From Eledone cirrhosa (taxonomy: Eukaryota), in contig OZ024742.1 in the NCBI GenBank assembly GCA_964016885.1, forward strand, positions 328,228,001-328,292,000: a stretch of 64,000 nucleotides of DNA, read 5' to 3'. Made by a program: the position numbers and the translations under genes. The notes under the pieces are model-generated. The model was not told the origin of the DNA, made no database searches, and saw nothing but the letters and a program-made list of their open reading frames with translations. Position 1 is the stretch's first letter, and every line of letters begins with the position of its first letter. Positions 58,519 through 64,000 of this stretch are shown one piece after another.

Positions 58519-58523
<5 letters not shown>
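58415..58523. mobile_element. Possible Tc1/mariner-like MITE remnant
   Basis: CAAAAGTCGCAATACATA / TATGTATCGCGACTTTTG inverted; the right end abuts TA. Confidence 0.3.
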
Positions 58524-58574
<51 letters not shown>

Positions 58575-59533
58575 GTAGTTGAAGGACATGACAAATGTCG
58601 GTAGGATATATATATATAATAAAGAATTTATATCTAGTAACATATATATACATACAAATGCATATCGATGCTAGCAAATATATAGGTTTTGTCTTAATAA
58701 CATTGTGGTTCAATGCATGGGGTTGCAGAACAATAATATAAGAGACGTAAGATAAGAAAATTATAAAATTAACTTACTTACTATATATATATATATATTG
58801 TTAATTATTGCGTTGCTTATACACAAGTGATCTGATTCGACATCTCGTTGTTGAACGGGTGTAACCAAGTAAGAGCAATCCCGACCAATCGTATATATGC
58901 AGCATTGCTATGGCGATCAAATGTGACGGAGTTTCTATGTCTGGATTAAAGTTTAGTCAGATGTTACATAATTGCATTTCTTGCATGATACATATTTCAT
59001 TGACACCAGTGGACGACTGTTATACAACACCATTCGTTACAGGTATGACACCATCAGATGTTGATATAAAAAAATAGATATATAAATAAATACATATATA
59101 CATACATACATGCATCCATGCACACACACACACACACACACCAACACATACGCACACATATATATATATAAATCCCCCATGACGTATTATCTGGAGACGT
59201 TGATATTCCACTTGATTTTTGCAAACAGAGAAGCGTTTCCCTGTGGCATATCAACATAATTGTGTTAATATCTGATGATGTGACACGGGTGTCAGTTATT
59301 TTTGTAATGACCGCATACATGCTGTACACTTATATCAGTGAAATACGTATTATGCTATAAATACGATTGCGTAGCATATATTGTAATGTTAATTCATACA
59401 TACATACTTACATACATATATATATATGTATATATGTGTTTGTGCGCCCACATTTGTGTGTGTGAATGTGTGTGTAAGTGTGTGTTTAGAGTGCAGCGGA
59501 AAGGGATGTATATCAGTAAACATTAATTCAAAC

Positions 59534-59675
59534 ATTGGCGGTTGATTGGCAGTATCGGTAGAGAGTCGGACGCCATGTTTTCCAGCATAGTTACGGTCTG
59601 AGTTCAAATCCCGCCGAGGTTAACTTTGCCTTTCATCCTGACGGTGTCGATAAAATAAAGTACCAGTAAGAAACA
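59534..59675 (+). mobile_element. SINE with internal deletions and 12-bp TSD
   Basis: TSD ATTAATTCAAAC at 59522-59533 and 59676-59687. Confidence 0.85.
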
Positions 59676-60599
59676 ATTAATTCAAACTTTAATTCAAACT
59701 TTACTGAAAATGTGTTGTACCTTTCTATCTCTAAAAACTCAAGTTACCGAAGATGAAAATGTTTTACCATCTTTCTATGCTTGTCTGTGTGTCTGCTTGT
59801 CTATGTGTTTGTGCATGCGTATTTGTGCCTGTGTTAATGTGTTCCTGTATGCGTGCCTGTTTCTCTGCCTGTCTGAGTGACTATGTATGTGTATGGACCA
59901 GTGTGTGCCTGTCTGCGTGTGTGCCAGTTTCTGTTTGTGTCTGAGCTTCTGTCGTTTGTGTGCATGTCTGTATGTGTACCTGTCCTTGTGTGAATGTGTC
60001 TGTCTGTTTTTAATTGTATGTTCGTGTGTTTTTGTTTGTGTGTGTGTGCTTATATTTGTATGCTTGTGTGTTTGTGTGTCTATGTGTATGTATATGGATT
60101 TTTTTAAAATATAAATTTTTCTATTTCTCTCTTATATTTCGCAACAATTGTTTTTATATGGAATGTAACGGAATGGAAAATACATCCTTATATCGGACAT
60201 ATCTGATTTATCTTTACTAATAGACATCCACTGTAATCAATATCTGTCCCTCCACATTATAGACATTCTCATACATCAATATCTCTCCCTTCACATTACA
60301 CAACCACAATGACCGCACTAACATTATTATTATTATTTATTACAAAAATTCATCTAATTTATTATAGTTTGTTATTTCTTCCCACCCCATCATTTTATAG
60401 ATAGTTTGTTTTTTATCTGCTCTAAAGATATATAGGGAACTTCGGAGAAAATGATTTGCGATATTTTTTCCGGTTCTTTACGAACTTAGTTCAAATCTCA
60501 CCGCTGTTAACTTTCCAGTTTCATCATTCTGGGATAGATAACGTAAAGTATCGGTTAAGTACCATATATACATACATAAAAAATACACGCCCAGTACTG

Positions 60600-61200
60600 C
60601 AGCAACCAATCAGTGGATGAAAGAATGCATGGTTATCAACAGAAAACTTTGCATGGGTTTGTTGTCAGAAGTCTTCACAGTGAGAGTAATTACCAATAAC
60701 CAAAGTAATGTATGTTGGATCAGCAAACTTTCACGTAATACCAACGAAATAACTTATAGACAAATAAGATAGAGATTAAGGTAAAACACTTTGATGTGAC
60801 AATAGATGCACGTTTTGGAATAAACGCTGATGAAGTCATCTAATATTATAAACAGCTGTTTGAAGATGTCATCACGGTTTTCTCTTCCTATGAGGCCAGA
60901 TGTAGTGGCCAAAGCATTATACAATGCATTATACTCAGAAAGGATAATTCCAAGGATAAAATTATAAGAAGTTATAGTAATGGGGGAGAGTATAATCAAT
61001 CATAACATGAAAGGGTACTGGTAGAATATTCTTGACAAAACCTAAGTAAAATTTATCTGTAATAGACCAAACATAATGATCGGTGAGAGATAAAAGAAGA
61101 CATTAGCTGTAGAGTGAATCAGCAACCCATCGGATGCTAATATGAGGCTAAATTAATTATTAGTGGTAAAATAACTACAACAAATTCATGAGAAATCTGC
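60600..61200 (+). pseudogene. Degenerate RLE-type non-LTR retrotransposon (R4/Dong-like) C-terminus
   Basis: Read across stops and frameshifts: IPTK*LI..DRD..CDNRC, IINSCLKMSSRFSLPMRPDVVAKALYNAL (CCHC knuckle and RH.D region), YW*NI..KT...NRPNIMI...VE*ISNPSDAN (PD-(D/E)xK-like). Confidence 0.55.
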
Positions 61201-61615
61201 AGATACTCCACACTGACTATAGATTTTAATTTTTACCTATGACTATCAATGCTTCATTGGTACTTAATTTTATCAACTTCTGACATTGTTTTGATAATAT
61301 TATAATCATAAATAAAATTTAAAAATTGTCATGGCTATGTAGTTAATGAATTCGCTTCACAGCCATATGGATTCAATTCATTCCTCCTGCGTGGAACCTT
61401 CAGAATATATTTTCTTCTTTAGCCTCAGGCTGACAAAATGTCTTGAGAGTGAAATTTAGTCTACAGGTACACACACACACACGTGTGTGTGTGTGATGTG
61501 TGTGTGTATTAGAGCGATGAAATAACTATTGGTTTCGATATAATAGACTAAATCTCATCAAGAGTAAAACCATATGCCTTGTTTCAAATAATACGAGCAT
61601 TGCGCATAATAGATA

Positions 61616-62555
61616 TCGGTATATATATAAAACAGAGGATATCTGTCTATCTGTCTGTGTAAATCCCTAAAACTCGAGAAGTACCCGACCGATTTTTTCA
61701 AACTTTACACATGCGTTACTTATATTTCATCTTTCTCTGCATTAGGCAAAAAAAAGAATTTTTTTAGGCATTTTTAGGCTTTATTAAGGCGTAACCTAAT
61801 GATAATCCAGCCGATTTCCTCGAAATTTGCAGCACACATTAGCTAGTCCCCTCGCATTGTCGTGGACGAAAAGAAATTCCGATTACATTAATGGTTTCTA
61901 TGAAATGTACGAATTAGCATTGGGAATTACATGCCATTTTCATTTTCAATATAAACGCTACTTAAACATTGTAAGTAGCGTATAATATTTCGTTAAGAAT
62001 TTGGTTTATTTATAAGAGGACAGAACACTTACTTTTAAGCAGGACCATTTTCGGGGGATTGCAGAAATGAAGACGACCTTAATATTTTTGTCGGTGCCCT
62101 GTTGACGTTTCGTGCTTTCATCACGCGCAAATCCGGGCCCTGTGTACGTTGCCGTGTTATTGACACCGTAAAACTCACGTCTGTGCTACTTCTACTAAGA
62201 CCCCTTTTGTTTCACCTACACCACAGTATGAACGCCCTGCGCAAGTACGCCGAACAGCGGTTGTGCTAATCCCGCGGTGACCCCTTTTGTCGCACCTTTG
62301 TTGCTGTGTAACCAGTGCCGCCCAGCGTTTGTGCTAATTGCACTATGACCCCCTTCTGCTGCAGCTGCGTTGCCACGCTCATTTCGTCATCTCAATATCC
62401 CTACTTGGTTTTCACACAATTGACTACGTCGCTCCTCAATCATTCCCTGAGAATAAGGGAATTCAAAAAGTACACAGCTACATTCTTCAATCTTTGCATA
62501 TGCGTGTTGATTTTTCACGTTTCCTATCCCGTGCAACGTCGGGTCCTGCTGCTAG
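61616..62555 (+). mobile_element. Non-autonomous Helitron-like element
   Basis: 5' TC..TATATATATAAAA followed by (TCTG)n-like repeats; 3' hairpin CCCG(TGCAACGT)CGGG at 62528-62543 and terminal CTAG at 62552-62555; lies between A and T with no TSD. Confidence 0.65.
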
Positions 62556-64000
62556 TATTGTATATAAGAGAAATATTGTGTGTATATTTGATACATGTAA
62601 ATATTGCCGAGTGAACAAATTACCAGTCCAATACTGGGGTAAAATCTTTCTCTATAAGAATTTCTCGCTTATTCACTATCGCTTCCTCGTTATCACATTC
62701 TCTCTCTTTCCTTCTCTCGGAAGATCGGTTGTGGTCAGAGCTGATAAAATTATGGGCCCTGCCAGATTTTGAAAAAATGCCTAAGAACTGCGACTCAACC
62801 TAGAGTTACCGGTAATAAAAAGGAGATACTGGTAAATTGTACGATATATGTTTATTTTATATGATAGGCATATCGTGTATAATATGCATAATGTATTCCA
62901 ATTATATTCTATATATAATATGTATATTGTAAATAATCTGGATATTTTCTCATATATATATTGTATATAATAAATAAATGTTTTAGAACCTGTTAAACCG
63001 AGGTGTGGCTACCAGATAAACTAGTACTAAATACTCAGTAGTGCACAAAATACTGAATTCTAATAACAGAAATACCCTTCCTATCGGAGATTTATCATAA
63101 CACCCTCTTCCCCACATAGTGTTTTATTAATGTTGAGACAAAGTCTTGTCACTTTGGGAGATCATCTGTATGTTTAAAGGGTAATCAGGCAGATGGAGGT
63201 TTATTAATCTCTATAATTGTCTGAATACTCATTCTCGCGACTGTCAATAGTAAATGTTTGTGTATATACGTATTTCGAGCAGGTTGATGGTTGGGTTTAC
63301 GGAGTTTGAGTCAAGCAATATATGTGATATTTGAGGTAGGAATTATGACTAAATAGGGTGGAATACTATTATAACGTCAACATTAAAACTACCACCAAAT
63401 TAAAGGACAGCCAGCCTAATGTTGTGGTTTGGGACAATATATTAAAAATAAGCTCTGTTGTAGAAGACAGCTGCCCACTCGATGGCAAGAAAAATACAAG
63501 AGAAGAAAGATAACTAGGCACCGTTGATTAAATTTTGCAATATACGCATTTAGTTTCATACATATAGGAGCTTCAAAATATACACCTACTCGACTGAACC
63601 AACGTATGATTGAACTTGCATTTGTGGATATCATCAACATCATCATTATCACAGTTTTACGTCCATTTTCCTCTCTAGCATGGGTTAGACGAGTTGACCT
63701 GTTGTGGGCTATGTTAGGTCAGGGGACCATGTCTTGCTCATAGGGAACTGATTTGGGCTTGTTTTCTAAAGCCCGATGCACATACTAACGCCAACCTCAT
63801 TTACAGCGAGTATTGGGCGCTTCTTGTCGTGACACCTACACGACCACTTTATATATATATATACAGGACTATATAATAAACTGTATTTGGAAGAATAGAC
63901 ATGACGTCATGTGCTTAAATCTAATTGTATTATCGTTCAGCTATTGGTGTGTTGCATATACAACTCTGATTAGTCAAAATCTTTACCATAAGTATATATA

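Noticed and set aside
59270-59300. CTGATGA followed by a hairpin (also CTGATGA at 47738 and 49076)
   Set aside because: No downstream GAAA/stem III/stem I; consistent with chance occurrences.
62315-62772. 99-aa and 144-aa ORFs near the Helitron-like end
   Set aside because: Non-ATG starts and no Rep/helicase motifs; they extend across the element boundary.

Overview
AT-rich, repeat-saturated eukaryotic (metazoan) DNA with no intact host gene visible. The abundant SINEs resemble families I recall from octopod cephalopods; this is an inference, not a database result. The window is a mosaic of (TA)n/(CA)n microsatellites separating retroelement insertions: two decayed Penelope-like elements (PLE; RT plus GIY-YIG), a 5'-truncated RTE-type LINE, a decayed CR1/L2-type LINE, R4-like remnants, many SINEs and a non-autonomous Helitron. 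Most ORFs in the supplied track are microsatellite artefacts. The main signal is a dense set of type I hammerhead ribozyme (HHR) motifs, about 20 intact or degenerate copies from more than 10 apparently unrelated families. They sit in three contexts: (i) the 3' ends of both PLEs; (ii) asymmetric fold-back elements, each with one long and one short arm and both arms ending in (TA)n; (iii) a 594-bp tandem array with one U3-A8 variant HHR per unit, a retrozyme-like candidate for a circular RNA. Two minus-strand exon-like segments that could encode a signal peptide plus an Ig-like fragment, each interrupted by one TGA, are flagged as speculative. All structures were folded by eye and element boundaries are approximate.
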